A DNA stretch of 64,000 nt from Blepharisma stoltei ATCC 30299 (GCA_965603825.1 CBFDEM010000004.1:1-64000), one strand, 5' to 3'; positions 39,016 through 54,531 are shown, numbered from the stretch's first letter. The notes: generated by a model from the letters alone, not told the origin. Numbers and translations: made by a program.

Positions 39016-42000
39016 TTATGGCATTATTTCCATGACAGAATTTATTTTCTGCAGATACTTCTTTTCGCTTCTGAAAAACACCAAATAAAACCCGAAATAT
39101 AAAGCAAAAGAAAAAATAATAAAAATAATGAGTGTGGCTACAATGATGCTCATTTGGTCATTAATTACGCTTTGTGAGTAAGCATCTATTTCGTCTATAA
39201 AAGTATCATAATTTGAGTCCAGTTCTTGAATAGAAGACATTAAATTTAGTCATATTTCAGGATTCTCAGATGAGCTGACTACTAGGGAAGCTTCAACTAC
39301 TATGTTTAGCTCTGCTGAGTAAACCCCAAATGCAAAATAATTTGAGTCATGCTGCTTGCCCTCTACATACAGAGTTTCTTTAAAATCTTTAGATAAAATT
39401 GCTGCATACTTATCTTCTCTTATTATTGAGTTTGAGTATCCTAATTTTGATATGATTTCTAAGAAATCATTTTTGAGATTGCAAAAAGGATAAGTAGAAG
39501 GAAATTCATATATTAAAGGGATACCTATGCTTTCCAAAATTACTTCCGTTGTTGATATACTCAAACTTGTATATAAAATTTGCAAATTTATTAGATTTTT
39601 CAACACTTCAGGCCGAAATAGCAAATATTCTGTGCATTTTTCATAAAGATAAGAAATGTTTATAATTGAAAATAATAAAGCAAATGCCAGGTATACCAGT
39701 GTTCTCCATATATATTTTCAGTAATTTTTAAAACGAAATGGCTTCATAGAGAGACGCTGATCGCTTAAAGCTAGTTCTGGCTGAGAGTGGACGCATTTAA
39801 GCCTTTCCATAACTGTTTGCCTCAGCTCAAAATAGTGATTATAAGCTTTTTTTCTTATATTATTTCAAAGATTGTTCTCGATCTTAAAAATTGAGTAGTA
39901 AAATGGGATTATTATTAAAATGCATGCCAATAAAAAAACTATTCCTAGCAGTAAAAGAATTGTCATTTTAACTTTAAAGTCGCTCATCATAGATTTTTGG
40001 CAGTCTATAATATCATACAGTGAACTATTGCAATAGTGAAGCGCTTCGTCATACCCATTTAATAGCAAAAACGAAATATCTGTACTAGTCGCAGTCTCAT
40101 TGGTATAAAATTTTTGGGCTAGGCCGTTTCCCTATATATTTTTTACAACTTTAATAAATTTTGCTATTGTGCTTATTAGCGTAGTTTTTTTTTTATAAAT
40201 TTCATTTTCATCAACATTCCATAAATTTACCACTTCATCAGTCAAAATGCTTTGGCCTGAGCAAGAATCCCAATTATTTAGATTTGAGGTAACATTTAAG
40301 TATAAATTTTCTAAATTCGATAAAATAATGATATATTCCTTGGCCATATCTATATATAATGGATCTTCTCACGGTAGGTTTGGAAGTGAAAAAAGCATCC
40401 TCGAGAGATATGCGATTTTCTGTAAATTTTTCCCTGTTTTCCCGATACTTATAGGAAGATTCATGTCGCTTATAAAATTTATATTGTAAAATGCGTAAAT
40501 TAAAACTGTAATATTGACAGCCAAGACAGTCAAAATCTATATAAAAACTACTGAAAAAACAAAGGCTATATGCAACACATTGATGGACCTTGATGAGGAT
40601 TTTATCATATTGAGGAATCTGGCTTGAGAAGTGCTTGCTGAAACCTGAGATTTTGCATCCTCATCACGCTTATCTGAGCCTTCAGCGTTTTTGTCAGAAA
40701 ATCTATAGAGCATTATTTTGGAGTCTAAATCTTCTTCTGAATGACTGCTTTCTTTATCAATTGAGCCAAAATTTTTATCAGAGCATAAAGACCCTAATAT
40801 ATTTATTGATAATTGGCTCCTAGTTATTTGTGCTATTTCTTTATTCCCCTGTGGATTTTCGTTGTTCCAATTTAAAAGTTCTTCATGACTATTTATTAGT
40901 GCTATATAGGGCATTTTCATTTTGTAAAATTCTGAGTGTGAAAGAATTAGAAAAGTTTCAGTTTTGAAATGAGACAAATAGTAAGGGGTACTTGGCTGCA
41001 GCTCAAAGTCTTCTGAGCTAAAAAATAAGGTCTTCAAGTTCCATCCTACCAAATTTTCATTTTTTCTGGCAATTCTAGGAAAATTATCCGAGTGGCAAAT
41101 TATTTCTCCTTCCTCTGATATCAAAGCGACCTCATAATTTTTGACTTTGGGTTTAAATACAAATATAGCTACAACGAGATCGTTCACTGTGGTTACTGAG
41201 ACTTTCCCTACACATTCTAGTATATTATTTTGTGTTATTAAAATGAATCCTTGGCTTAAAATTATTTCAGATGACGAAGTAAATTGAACAAATCTTTTGG
41301 CTTCAGCTTTGAATTTTTCTTTATAATAAGGATGAATGAAGCTTAAAATGTTGTCACTGATAAGGCTGCTAATCGGGAGCCTAAAATATTCTGCAGATTT
41401 TTGGTTAGCATAAAGAATATCACCAAAATTTTCGAGTTCATTCGAAATTATCAAAATTCCATTACTGTCATTAAAAAAGCTAAAATTTTTAGAATCACTA
41501 ATGAAATTTCCATGAGTTCTGTCGAGGGATCTTAATTTCATTTCAAGTAAAATCGATTTTTCCGAGTCATAGGTGATATCCTTAATAAATGAAGAATAAA
41601 GAGCTAAGAATTCTCTCGAATTGGGGAATTTCGTATTTAAATTGCTGTATTCTTTATTTAAGAATAGAATTTCTTCATCTATCAAGTTGAGATTTTTTTG
41701 TAGTTTATGCAGATTTGGCTTTCCTGAGGCAATTTCACTCCAAAAATTTAGTAAATTTGAGCATAAAATTTCATCTTTTTTTTTAATTATATTGAATTGC
41801 AGAAAATAATTAGAATATTGTGATCCTTCAGATAAGTTGGCATTGGAAATATTTGTGCTGCATATATATTCTTGGTATGCAGCTTCAAGAGACCATTTTG
41901 AGATATATTTTATTTTACTTAGCTTGATTTTAGCCAAGGATTCATCTTTTAGAGTAAATAAGCAGTAGTTGGCTACTCATATAGCTTGAAGCTTATTTCC

Positions 42001-43188
42001 ATTCAAACCTTTTTCTCTAAAAAAATTTTCAAATAGATGGACTATTTGGTCTTTATTCTCTATATCATTTGAGCATAATGCAAGTCTTAGAGATCATTCT
42101 AAGTTGTATTGTGAATTTATTCCTACTAAATTTTTTGGAATGCTTTTAGAAAATTTATTTTGCGCTTTTAGAGAAAATTGAATAGCAAAATAAGTAGATA
42201 TTGGGCCCAAAATAATTGTTAGTATACAAACAACTAACGAATTATCCATAAAATTCCCTAAAATAAAAAGAGAAGAAATAAAAGCAATAAAATAAAATCT
42301 CAGAATTATAGCAGTGTTGCAATAAATTGAATAATAAGGTAAAAATATAATTGTTTCTTTAATCAAAAACACTGCCAAAATTATTGTTAGGATTTGTAAA
42401 TAAATAATGGAATTTCTTGCAAGCACCGTATAAGTCATCGGAAAAAAAAAGGTAAAAAAAATGATATGAACATCAATTTTTGAGTGTGCTTTCGCATTTA
42501 TTGATTTTTTAGTCATAAAATGTCGAATTTCTCCTGAAAAAACTGTCTGAACAAAAATTAAAAACAGGGTAATTAGCAGTGCAAAAATAATGGCAACTTG
42601 CAATGCAGAGCTTATTTCAAATTCTCCTAAATCATTATTATTTTCATATTCTGAGACAATATTTTGAGGAAAAAAGCTATATTTGAGAAATATGGAAAAT
42701 ATTTCAATTGCTGGTATTAAAAACAAATTCGATCACAAATAGAAAATTTCTTTAAAAATTCCGAGGGCAGATTTTGGCAAAGAATAAGAGGAATAAATAG
42801 CAACTAAAAAGACAGACATACAAAATAGGCTTGCATAAGTGATCAAAATTGATAAATAAAGGCATTCATTTATTATCCCTAATGACGAGCAAGTATTGTC
42901 AAATTTTAAGTAACCTATGATTTCCCAAAAAATCATATTTTTGTGTCAATTTTTTATTGAGAGGTCAGGAACCCACAGTAAACTTATGATTTGAAAGCAT
43001 CAGATAACCCCTTCAAATGCTCTTTTAAATTTTTGCCTTATAATGGTCGTCTCTTCTTGGTTCCCGTCAGAATAAAGTTGTCGATGAAGTTCAAAAATAG
43101 AGTGCTTGAGGGATTTTTTTTCTGTTGTATTTCAAAATTTTTGTGTAGCATTAAGAAATTTACCAGTTTCAGATCGGATTTCTGTCAT
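39016..43188 (-). CDS. Membrane PAS protein copy C, ~1380 aa; introns 40537-40551, 40132-40146
   Basis: Frame consistent from ATG 43188 to TAA 39016; same architecture and intron positions as the other copies. Confidence 0.87.
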
Positions 43189-43529
43189 GATTGATTTTAA
43201 TTTATAAATTTTTTAAAATCATAAATATCATTAAAACTTATCATTGATAGCCATCATAGTTTATTATTTAGAAAGTTTTAGGCATGATTAATACATTATT
43301 AAGGCCATAAATGATAAGATAATAAAATTAAACCGAAATGGAAAGGTTTAATTTTATTAATTAATGTATATATTATTTAATTATTAAGTTAAATAGGAAA
43401 GTATCATTTCATATTAATTTCAATTGCAAGAACTCAATAAAATCAACAACTTTGATACTTTTTGAAAAGATACTCTAAAGAGTAAGATTATAACATATTC
43501 ATTTTATATGCATACTATTAAATTTATAT

Positions 43530-43740
43530 TTTTGGGATATGCTCATAAGTCTTTGAATGTTTTTCTTAAATAATAAAAATATGAAGTATAAAGTAATTAT
43601 AAACAATAAATGTAATTCCCATAATAGTACCCGCTGATATTCAATTAATTTTGTGTATATTTATCAATTTCATCAATAATATTGCTAGATTTTATTAGTT
43701 TCTTAAAGCTTCTATTAAATTGGTCATATCATGGCATAAG
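43530..43740 (-). pseudogene. Relic 3' fragment of the PAS membrane family
   Basis: Degenerate NLIEAL...IIDEIDKYTQ...EHIP matching the family C-terminus, with multiple stops and indels. Confidence 0.55.
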
Positions 43741-44540
43741 GATTCAAGTTCTTAATTCCTGTAGATGAGTTCTACTAGAGCAGGGACATTGAGAAATAGC
43801 GGAGGTAACCAATGTTTACATTGGCAAGGTTTTTAAGTCACAGATGGAGCAGCGGCTAAGCTGATCAGCCACAGTCCTAATCCTATTGAAAGGGTTTTTT
43901 TATACGGGTAAATAGGAGACGAACTTGTAAAGGGCTAATCAACAGGGACAAAGAGAAAGTTTCTTGGTCAATCAGGATAATTATGCAGCGGATATGAGGC
44001 TTTGATTCTAGGGAGTAGGCTAAACGAGGGCTGAATGATATTATATTTGATCAGCAGTAATGCTTAATTTATGGCAGTTTTAATCTTTCGACATAAATGA
44101 AATTATAAACAATGTTATATATTAATTAAAAGCAACACTTAAATCTGATATTTTTTTGAATAAAATGAATAGCAATATCTGTCTAAAACAGGAATCATGC
44201 TTGATTCTGAATGATACAAGAGTGTCTCAGTTAAAGCCAAAAAATTAATATTTTCTTATTGGATTTCCCATACATAAAAAATTAAATCTAAAGCTTTTCA
44301 CAATTGAGGTTTTAACTTTTTCTATTATTTGCTTTTAATCCTTCTTTTATCATAAATCTGTATTATGTTTCTTTAATAAGATCGACGATAACTTTTTCCA
44401 TATTAAAATGAATTCATTTATTACATTAAAGAGATTTAGATTGTTTAAAGCATAATTTTATTTCAGTATTTTTATGATACTTATAAAGTAAATCTATTAG
44501 TTTATACTTAATTTAGAGTATAGTAAATTTATCCAAATTT

Positions 44541-47500
44541 CTAGGGCATAATCTCCATCACTGAATTTATTTTCTTCAAATATTTTTTTTCACCCCAAAA
44601 AAATACCAAATAAAACCCAAAATATAAAATCAAAGTAAAGATAATAAAAACAGTCAAAGCGATCACGATAATTTGCATTTGGTCATTAATTACTTTCTTT
44701 GAGTGCTTATCAATTTCATCAATATAGGAATTATATTTGCTGTCTAATTCTTGAAGAGAGGACATTAAATTCCACCACACATCTTGTGGAGCCAAATTAT
44801 TAGAGATCAAATTTGCTTCATTTATTATATTTGACTTTGATGTATATACCCCCAAATTGAAAATATCTGTAAAAAAGCCCTGATTACTTTCATAAAAAAT
44901 GTGCTTAAAGGTATGAGACAAAATAGGAGAATATTCTTTTTTGTGGATGGCGGAGTTTGAATAGATAATTTTTGAAATAATTTCATTAAATATTTCTTTA
45001 CTATTTTCAAAAGGATAAGAATATGGAAATTGGTACCACATGGGCCATCCTAAAACCTCATATGCAGCCGCATTTGTCCATATGCCCAAGCTTGTATATA
45101 CAATTTGTAAATTTATTAAGTTTTTCAATACTTCAGGCCTATATAACAGATAATCTGCACATTTATCATAAAGATAGCTAATATTTACAATTGAAAATAT
45201 AAAAACAGCGGCCATGTATATTAAAACTCTTCATATATAATTTCAGTAGCTTTTAAAAGAAAATGCCTTGTCAGATTGATGCCGGTCATTAAGCTCAATA
45301 GTTGGCTGAGAGTGAACATCTCTTAGCCTCTCAAAAATTGTTTGCTTAAGTTCAAAGTATCTCTGATAGGCTTTTTTCCTTATATTGTTTCAAAGGGTAT
45401 TTTCAATTTTAAGGATCGAAAAATAAAAGGGAATTATCATAATTATACAGATACAGAGCACGGCTACTCCTAAACTCAAAAAAATTGTCATTTCAATTTT
45501 GAAGTCGCCCATCATGGCTTTTTGGCAGTCTATAATATCATAAAACGAACTATTGCTATAGTGAAGAGCTCCCCCATACCCATTTAATATCAAAAACGAA
45601 AAATCGTCTATAGTTGTAATCTCTGATCTGGTTATTTTGTTTAATATTTGGTTTCCCTGCATAAAATATACAATTTTAATAAAAATCCCTATTGTGTCGA
45701 TTAAACTTGATTTTTTATAAATCCCATCATCTTTATTTCACAAATATAAATTTTTGCCAGTTAAAATGTCTTGACCTGAGCAATAATTTCATTTTTTTAA
45801 ATTTGTGGTTATGTCTGAATAGGTATTCTCTAATTCTGTTAAACAAGTCACAATATCATTAAGCATTTGCTTTAAATATGGGCTATCAGGAGTGTATGGC
45901 AGATTTACAAATAAATTAGAAACATATGTAATTCTCTGCAAATTTTTCGCTGCTTTTCCTATGTTAATAGGAAGGCTCATGTCGCTGATAAAATTTATAT
46001 TGGAAAAAGCATGGTTTAAAACTATGATGTTGAAAGCTACAACAGTTAAAATCTATATAAAAATTACCGAAAAAACAAAAGCAAAGTGGAGAATATTGAT
46101 TGACCTTGATGAAGATTTTATTAAGTAGAGAACCTTCTTCTGATGAGTGCCTACCGATACCATAGAATTTTCACTGCCACGCTTGTCAGATCCTGAGTCA
46201 GCATTTTTACTAGGATCATCATTTGGAAAATTTTGCAATTCCATTTTTGAATTTAAATCGTCATCTAAATTTTGGTTTTCTTTATTTAGTAAGCTATAAG
46301 TTTTATCTGAGTCTATAAATCCTGATAAGTCCACTGACAAATAATTCGCTGCTTCCTCAATTTTTTCATTATTGCCTTGCTTGTTTTCATTATTCCCCCT
46401 TTTTATAATTTCTCGGCTATCATTTGCCAAGACCACATAGGGTATTTTGAATTTGTAAAATTCTGAATATGAGAGCATTAAAAATCTGTTTAGGTTTGAT
46501 AAATAGTAGGGAGTGTTCAGCTGTAATTTAAAATCTTCTGAATTAGAAAATAAATTTTTTAGTTCAAATCCAACTAAACCTTCAGATTTTCCTACAGACT
46601 TTGGGAAATTATTTGAGTGGCAAATGATTTCTCCTTCCTCATTTAATAGCGCTATTTCGTTTTTAACATTTTTTGGCTTAAAAACCAGAATAGCGACAAG
46701 TTGGCCATTTATTGAGGTAAGTAGCATTTTCCCTTCGAGCTGCAATAAGTCTTGTGCATCTTTTGCTAAAAAAAATCCTTTAGTTAAGTCTATTTCTGAT
46801 GATGAGCTATACTGGATAAACCGTTTTGAGTCTTCCTTGAATTTTTCTTTATAATAAGGATGAATAAAATTTGAAATATTGTCATTTTTAATGCTGCCAA
46901 GAGGGAGTTTTAAATATTCTGCTGATTTTTGTTCTGCATATAGTATTTCACCAAAATTACTATCCTCATTAGAAATTATAAGGATTCCAATATTTTCATT
47001 AAATAGGCTAAATTCTTTAGAATCGCCCAAAAAATTTGTAAGATCTTTATCAATAGATCTTAGCTTAGCTTCAAGGAAAAATGACTTTTCTGCATTATAA
47101 ATAATATCTCTGCAATATGAATGGTAAAGAGATAATAAACTTTTAGAATTCGGGAATTCGGTAATTAGCTGGTTATATTTCGTGTTTAAAAATAAAATTT
47201 CATCTTCAATTGAATAAAGTTTCCTTCTTAATTTTTGAAGATTAGGCTGACGTGAAGTAATTTCACTTCAAAAAATAAGTAAATTTGTGCATAATTGTTT
47301 TTCTTCATTTTTAACTAAAATGCTTTGAAGAAAATAATCAGAAAATTGCGAGCCTTCAGATAGGGAAGTATTTGATATATTTTTTTGGCATAAATATTCT
47401 TGATAATTGGACTCTAAGCTTCAGTCTACAATATGTTTGGTTTTGCTGAGCTTGATTTTGGCTAAGGATTCCTCTTTTAATGTATATAAACAGTAATTCG

Positions 47501-48701
47501 CTGCTCATATAGCTTGAAGCTTATTCCCATTTAAACCTTTTTGTATAAAAAAATTTTCAAAAGCCCTGATTATTTGATCTTTATGTTCTGCATCATTTGA
47601 GCATAGAGCATATCTAAGAGATTTTTCTAAAATATATTGAGATTCTATATTTATAAAGTCTGTAGGAATAGTTCAAGAAAAGTTTCTTTGAAGTTTAAGG
47701 GAAAATTGAATTACAAAAATAGCTGATAACGGACCTATAATTACTGATAGCATAGTTATCACCATGGAATTATCCATAAGGTCTCCTAAAAGGAATATTG
47801 AAGAAATAAAGCCAATAAAATATAGCTGAAGGATTATTAAAGAGTTGCAAAAAATGGAAAAATACGGCAGAAGATCTATAGTTTCTCTTATCAAAAGTAT
47901 TGCAAAAATAATTGCTAAAATTTGTAAATGTCTAATATAATGTTCAGCAAATATCACATAAACAATAGGGAAAATAAAAGTAAAAAATTTTATGTGCTTG
48001 TCTATTTTTGAATGTGCTTTTGCACTTATATTTTTATTTACAGAATGTCTAATTTCTCCAGAAAATTCCACCTGCATGAAAGATGACAAAAAAGTAATTA
48101 CTATTGCCAAAATAATGCAAATTTGTAATGGGAAACTCCTAATGAATTCTCCTATTTCACTGTGATTTTGGTATTCTGATATTGCATTTCGGGGCAGAAA
48201 GCTATATTTCAGAAAAATGGAATATATTTGAATAGAGGGCACAAGCAAAAATTTTAATCAAAAATAAAAGATCGCTGAAAATATGCTTAGAAGTACCTTT
48301 GGTAGATGGTAAGAATAATAAATAGCAATAACTAAAATAGCCATACTAATAAAATTAGCATAGGCTAATAGAATTGACAGGTAAAAGCACTCATTGATTA
48401 TCCCAAGCATTGAGCAAGTGTTGTCAAATTTTAAGTATCCGATGATTTCTCAAATTGCCATATTTTTACTCCAATTTTTGATAGAAAGATCTGAGACTCA
48501 TAGCAAGCTTAAAATTTGAAGGCATCAAATAATGCTTTCAATTGTTATTTTTATTTTCTGCCTTAAGTCAGAATTTTCTTGAAAATTAATTAGCTGAAAA
48601 AGCTCGAAAATTGAATCTTTAATTGATTTTTTTTCTGTTATTCTCCATAATTTATGTTCTGAGCTCAAAGCTTCTTCTCCTTCACCAAAAAGATGAGTCA
48701 T
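44541..48701 (-). CDS. Membrane PAS protein copy D, ~1376 aa; introns 46053-46067, 45657-45671
   Basis: Frame consistent from ATG 48701 to TAG 44541 with TGA=Trp. Confidence 0.87.
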
Positions 48702-49349
48702 AAATGGTCAATAAATTAATGTTAAAACGAGGAAATTTATGCATTATTTAATTATTATTTTGGAAATTTGTTTATAAGCTATCTTTATTTTAAAAAAAGC
48801 TATAAAGATTTGGCAGATTTTGCTATGGAATAGTTTGGCTCACCTGATAAGAAAAAATTTAATAAATGTTAATCACAAAAATGGTTTTTAAGAAGTCGAT
48901 AAATCTAAGATTTGATAAAGTGGCTATATTGATGTAGGTTGAAATTGATTTTAAGCCTAATTTTGAAGTTTTTATTTTATGAAATCATTGATAGTTAGTA
49001 TTTAAAAGGCAAGCTGTTGCTTGACTTATCGCTAACTATTACCTATCTTTGATTGAACGAGTCTATTTAAATCTCTTAAAAATTAGAAGTTGACCTATCC
49101 AAACATGAAAGCCAAACTTAATCGTCACCTAAAATTTAACTATCTAATCCTAAATTCGGGTATTATGCTGCAGTTGTTTCTAAGGTAAATTTATATAAGA
49201 TAAAGCAAAATTTGATTTTTCAGGATTTATTATACTTAAAAGTGAAAACTTATTACAAAAGAATTATATTATATAAAACTAAATAGCTGGTTTCAAAGTA
49301 AAACTGTTTTCAATTAAACAAATCAAAAAATAAATATAAAAATCATGAT

Positions 49350-49900
49350 TTATTGGCATTATTTCTAATAATGAATTTACATTTCTATTTTGAAAATAAT
49401 TGTAAACTAAAGATATGTTCAATTAAAGCTAAATAGTGCAACCCTTTTAAAAAAGTGGCAAACTAAAGATAAGTTTAATTAAAGCTAAGAAATATTAGAA
49501 AAGCGATCTAATATTTTCTATCATTAGCCATCCAAAATTCGCAGCATTAGATTAAACTCTGAATAATGCTCAAAATTAAACTATTCTGAGCAAACTTCAT
49601 CCTATTTTTAAATAAAGCATTACATAAAATTATCAATTTAATAATAAAAATGTCATATTGAGTCTAATTCTTGAAGAGCTTGTATTAAAGCTAGATATAT
49701 ACTTCAGGAATCAAAAATCATTATAATCTTCGTTTTTTATGTATGATCATACCAAATTTGAAAATATCTATATTAAAAACCATTTCCAGAGTATTCTTTT
49801 TTATGACAGCCGAGCCTGAATATTTGATTTTTTATATGATTTCATTATACATAGCAAGGCTAGATTCGAAAAGATAAGTAGCTCGGTAGGCAGTCATTAA
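49350..49900 (-). pseudogene. Second relic 3' fragment of the PAS membrane family
   Basis: Remnants ALQELDS, NEII..KIKYS and VNSLLEIMP in the family's order, heavily deleted. Confidence 0.55.
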
Positions 49901-50346
49901 CCTTCTAATTAAACTATGCATAGAAAACAATCTTTATTTCTTGCTTAATGAAGACTAATATTGTAAAATATAATTTCGCAGCTTCATCGAGGCTATGTAA
50001 AAGGGCAAGTAAAATACGATCAATTAACAAACCAAATTTTTTCAAATATTAAATATTTTGTTTATTAATCTATAACCCAGGGAGCAACCCAAGCCAGAGC
50101 TAATAAACTGCGTTACCTCTATAACTTAATCTTATCCTTTCCATAATTGTTTTTATATTAGTTAATTAACTATTATTATTTTAAATTAAATTAAAATATA
50201 CTTTTAATGTTCAAATAATTCTTCAAGCTCTTCATTTAAAGCATCTTTATAAAAATCATAAAACAATTTAAATAACATGCGTTTAATTATAATTTTTTTC
50301 GTATTTATGTTTTTCACATATTTTTTTATTTGCTAATATATCAATT

Positions 50347-53300
50347 ATGAACGGAGAGAAGGAGAGTCCTCCTAAAAGCGATGATTTTTGAAAAATCGCA
50401 AGCGGAAAATCAGAAAAAAATTCAATTTTTGAGTTTTATTCCCAACTTTACAGTAATATCAATAATGAAGAAAATTCTATTGTTTGGGAAAAAGTAATAG
50501 AGGCAGCAAGGGGTATAGTTTGATGCCTTCAAATAATAAGCTTACTATGGCTTCCTGATATGAAAATTTCCAATTGAAACAAAAATATGATTTTATGGGA
50601 AATCATAGGCTATTTAAAATTTGACAACATTTGCTCAGAATTAGGGATTATAAATGAATGCCTAATTTTATCTATTCTATTTACCTGTTCTGTTTTTCTG
50701 AGTGTAATTACTTTTATTGCCGCTATTTATTATTCTTATAGCATACCTACTCTTATTTTAAGCTTTTTCCGTAATTTGTTTAGCTTATATATAGCACTAT
50801 TTTTGGTACCTTCGATTGAGATTTTTACAATCTTCCTCAAATACAATTTTTTGCATCATGATAAAGTTGCAGAATATCAAAGCAATAACGATTCTGCCAA
50901 GTATGAAATTAGCCTAGCTTTGCAAACTGGGATAATATTTTTACTGATTTTTGGGCTGGTTTTAATGATTTTTTATACACAACTTTCTGGAGAAATTCGA
51001 CATTCTTTGCATAAAAATACAATAACGGCTAAAGCACACTCGAAAATTGATACGCACATAGCTATTTTTACCTATTTCTTACCAATTTTTTACGTTGCAG
51101 TTGCTGAAAACTCTGTTATCTATTTGCAAATATTAGCAATTATTTTTTCAGCGATTTTAATCAGAGAAGCAATGATATTCCGCCCATATTTTTCGTTTTA
51201 TTATAATTCAATAGTTATTCTTCGGCTATTTACTATAGCTTTTATTTCTTTTATTTTTATTTTGGGGCGATTAATGGATAACTCATTAGCTATTTCTATG
51301 TTTGCACTCATTTTATGGCCTATTTTATCTATTTTCTTTATTCAGCTTACAATCAAGTCAGAAAAAAAAGTTCTTAAAAATATCCCTAATGGTATGCAGA
51401 ACATAAATTCTGAATATGAATTAGAAAGATCTTTGAGGAGCGCATTACTTATAAATGATGCTGAAAATAAAGAGCAAATAATTCAATTTTTTGAAAATTT
51501 TTTTATAGATAAAGAGAGAAGTTGCAGCAAGCTCCTAGTTATATGAGAAGCAAATTATTGTTTATTTACATTAGATAGCAAATCTTTGGCCAAAGTCAAG
51601 ATTGCTAAAATTAAGCATTTTTCTAATTTAATTTTGGAAGGCGATTATCAAGAATATTTATGCAATAAAAATATTTCAAATCATGAATCCGATATCTTAA
51701 ATTTTCCTAGCTTTTTTGCTGAATTTCAATTAATTAAAAAAAGAGACAAAGAGTTATGCATCAATTTGCTAAATTTTTTGAATGAGATTACTTCCTTAAA
51801 GCCAAGTATGAAAAAATTAAAAACAAAATTGAACTCCATAGATGAAGATATTACAGTTTTGAACAAGGAATATAGCCGCTTAACAACAAAATATTCCAAT
51901 TCTAAAGAAGCTTTGTCTCTTTATGCTTCATATTTAAAAGATATCACTTATGATCTAGAAAAATCAGTCTCAATTGAATTAAAACTAAAATCTGCTAGCA
52001 GAATTTTTTCAAGCTCTTTTAATGATCCTAACAATTTTAGCTGCTTTAATGACAACAATGGAATTTTAATCATTTCAAACGAATCAGAAAGCTTTGGAAA
52101 AATCTTATATGCAAATCATAAATCCGCAGAAATTTTTAAGTGACCCTTAAATAATTTTGTCAGTGACAATTTTTTCAATTTTTTTCACCCTTATTATATA
52201 GAAAGAATTATAGCTGAAGCCAAGCATTTCGTTCAATTCAGTTCATCATTAGAAATAGACTTAAATCAAGGCTTTTTTTTAAATCTCCCTAACAATTTAT
52301 TAGAGTGTATAGGAAAATTATCAGTGACGACAATAAACAATTTTATTGTGTCCATATTGATTTTTAGGAAAAAAGAAATTGAGCGCCAAGTTGCATTGAT
52401 ATCCGATGATTTCGAAATAATTTGCCACTCAACAAATTTTCAAAAATTTTCAGGTAAAGTAAATGACAATTTGATAGGATCTAACATAAAAAACCTATTT
52501 TTTTGCTTAGAAGAATTTGATTTAAAGCCTTTTACAGCTTATCGTTTACCATATATTTCTAACGAAATGCATTTAGTACTATCATATTATGAATTGTTTG
52601 AATTAAAACTCCCATATGTGATACTAATAAATGACAGCAAAGAAATTAAGAATTGGAGGAGTGAAGAGCTTGATACTTATAATAACGCCAAGCATTTGCA
52701 ATTAGAACCTAACTTTTTGTCAGCAGAGCTCCCAGATACATGATATTCTGAAAGAATAAATGCATCATCCCAAAAAGAAAACCAACCAGAAGAATTATTG
52801 GATTCAAAAATGAATTTATATGAAGAAAGCTATGAAGACCTTGAAAATAATGAAATTACTGATAAAAATGATGATAATAGATCTCAGTTCTCTGCAAGCA
52901 ATTCTCGAAATAAATTTCTCAGGGCAAAAAAAGTTTCATCAAGAGCAGTAAATGTCCAGCACGCGGCTTATGTTTTTTGTGTATTTTTTATTTAGGCTTT
53001 AGTTGTTGTATCTTTCAATATAGCTGTCTTGGTTTATGCTTTTTCTACAATTAATGCGATAAGTAATATAAATCTGCCTTTGCATATTGGAGAAACTGGA
53101 AAATATTTTCAGCAAATTGCTTTATCTTCACAAATGATTTTGTGGGCTATAATTTCTCAAGTTCCTGAATCACTTGCTCTTGTTCCAGAAATTAATAATA
53201 GATATATAGGCAGTTTATCTGATTTTAAAGCACTTTACTCAAATATTACAGCAAATGCAATAAACTGAAACCATTGCTCTGGCCAAAGCATTATAAATGA

Positions 53301-54531
53301 TGCAAATATGGATTTATGACACTCAGACAATGGGTTTTATACAAAAAAGTCAAATTTGGTGAATGCTGCTGCTGAGTTTATAGCTAATGTATTTTTTATG
53401 TAGGGAAAAGATTTTGAAGCAAAACTTATTGACAGCTCTTTAGGAAGTCCTTGAGATCCTTTTCACTTTTTGCTATTGAATGGGTATGGAATAGCACTAG
53501 ACTACTGCTACAATTCATTTAATGATATAATAGACTGCCAAAAATCAGCAATAGGAGGTTTCAAAACCCATATGACAGTTCTTTTATCGTCTGGACCTAT
53601 TGTTCTTCTTGTGTGTATTTTGCTGATAAGTCCTGCTTTTTATACAATGTTTAAAATAGAAAATGAGCTTTGATGCGATGTTAGAAAAAATGCTTATAAA
53701 TCATATTTTGATCACAAGCAAACAATTTTAGATAGACTAAGAGACGTTCATTTTGAAGAAAATATAACATTTTCAGATCAAAAGCCTTCGAAAAAGATAT
53801 GTAGATTTTATAGCTATTGGAAATATGCTTGAAGGATAACTGTTGTGCAAGTAGCTGTTTATTCTTTTTGTTTAATAAATATTTTGTATCTCTATGATCT
53901 ATGCTTGGAGTATTTATCTAATAGACCTGAAGCTATCCAAAATTTAATTAAAGCACAAATCTTATATGTAAACTTAGGGATATGAACAATTCAAGCTGCA
54001 GCAAATACGTGGGGTTTTCCATTATGTGTTCAATTTCCTTCTGCGTGCCCTTTTTATCAAGCTGATACCAAAATCGATGAAATAATATTCAGTATTCAAA
54101 GCATACGCTTAGCCTTAAGAAATCCTAAATATTCAAATGTCTTATCTCAAAAATTTAAAAATCTGCTCTATGAAGATAATCAAGAAATTTCAAAAGATTT
54201 TTTTAGGTTTGGGGCTTATTCTGCTCAAGAGCACTTAACTCTTGAGGTATACACTCAAGCGTATAAAATTAATCCTCCTGCTGATTTACTAAACTTTGTA
54301 TGAAATACACTATATATAGCTGATTTTTATGATAGCGCTGTAACTGAAATTGATGATTATTCAAAAAGTTTAATTGATAATCAAATGACTATTATTGCAT
54401 ATTCCCTAGTTGCCTTTATCCTATCCTCATTTGCAGCTTATATCGGAATCTATCTGACATTTTTTATAAACGAAAAAAAGTATTTGCAAAAAATAAATTC
54501 AATACTTAAAATGATTCCAAATAACCAATAG
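50347..54531 (+). CDS. Membrane PAS protein copy E (inverted), ~1384 aa; introns 52981-52995, 53389-53403
   Basis: Frame consistent from ATG 50347 to TAG 54531; the only plus-strand copy. Confidence 0.87.
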
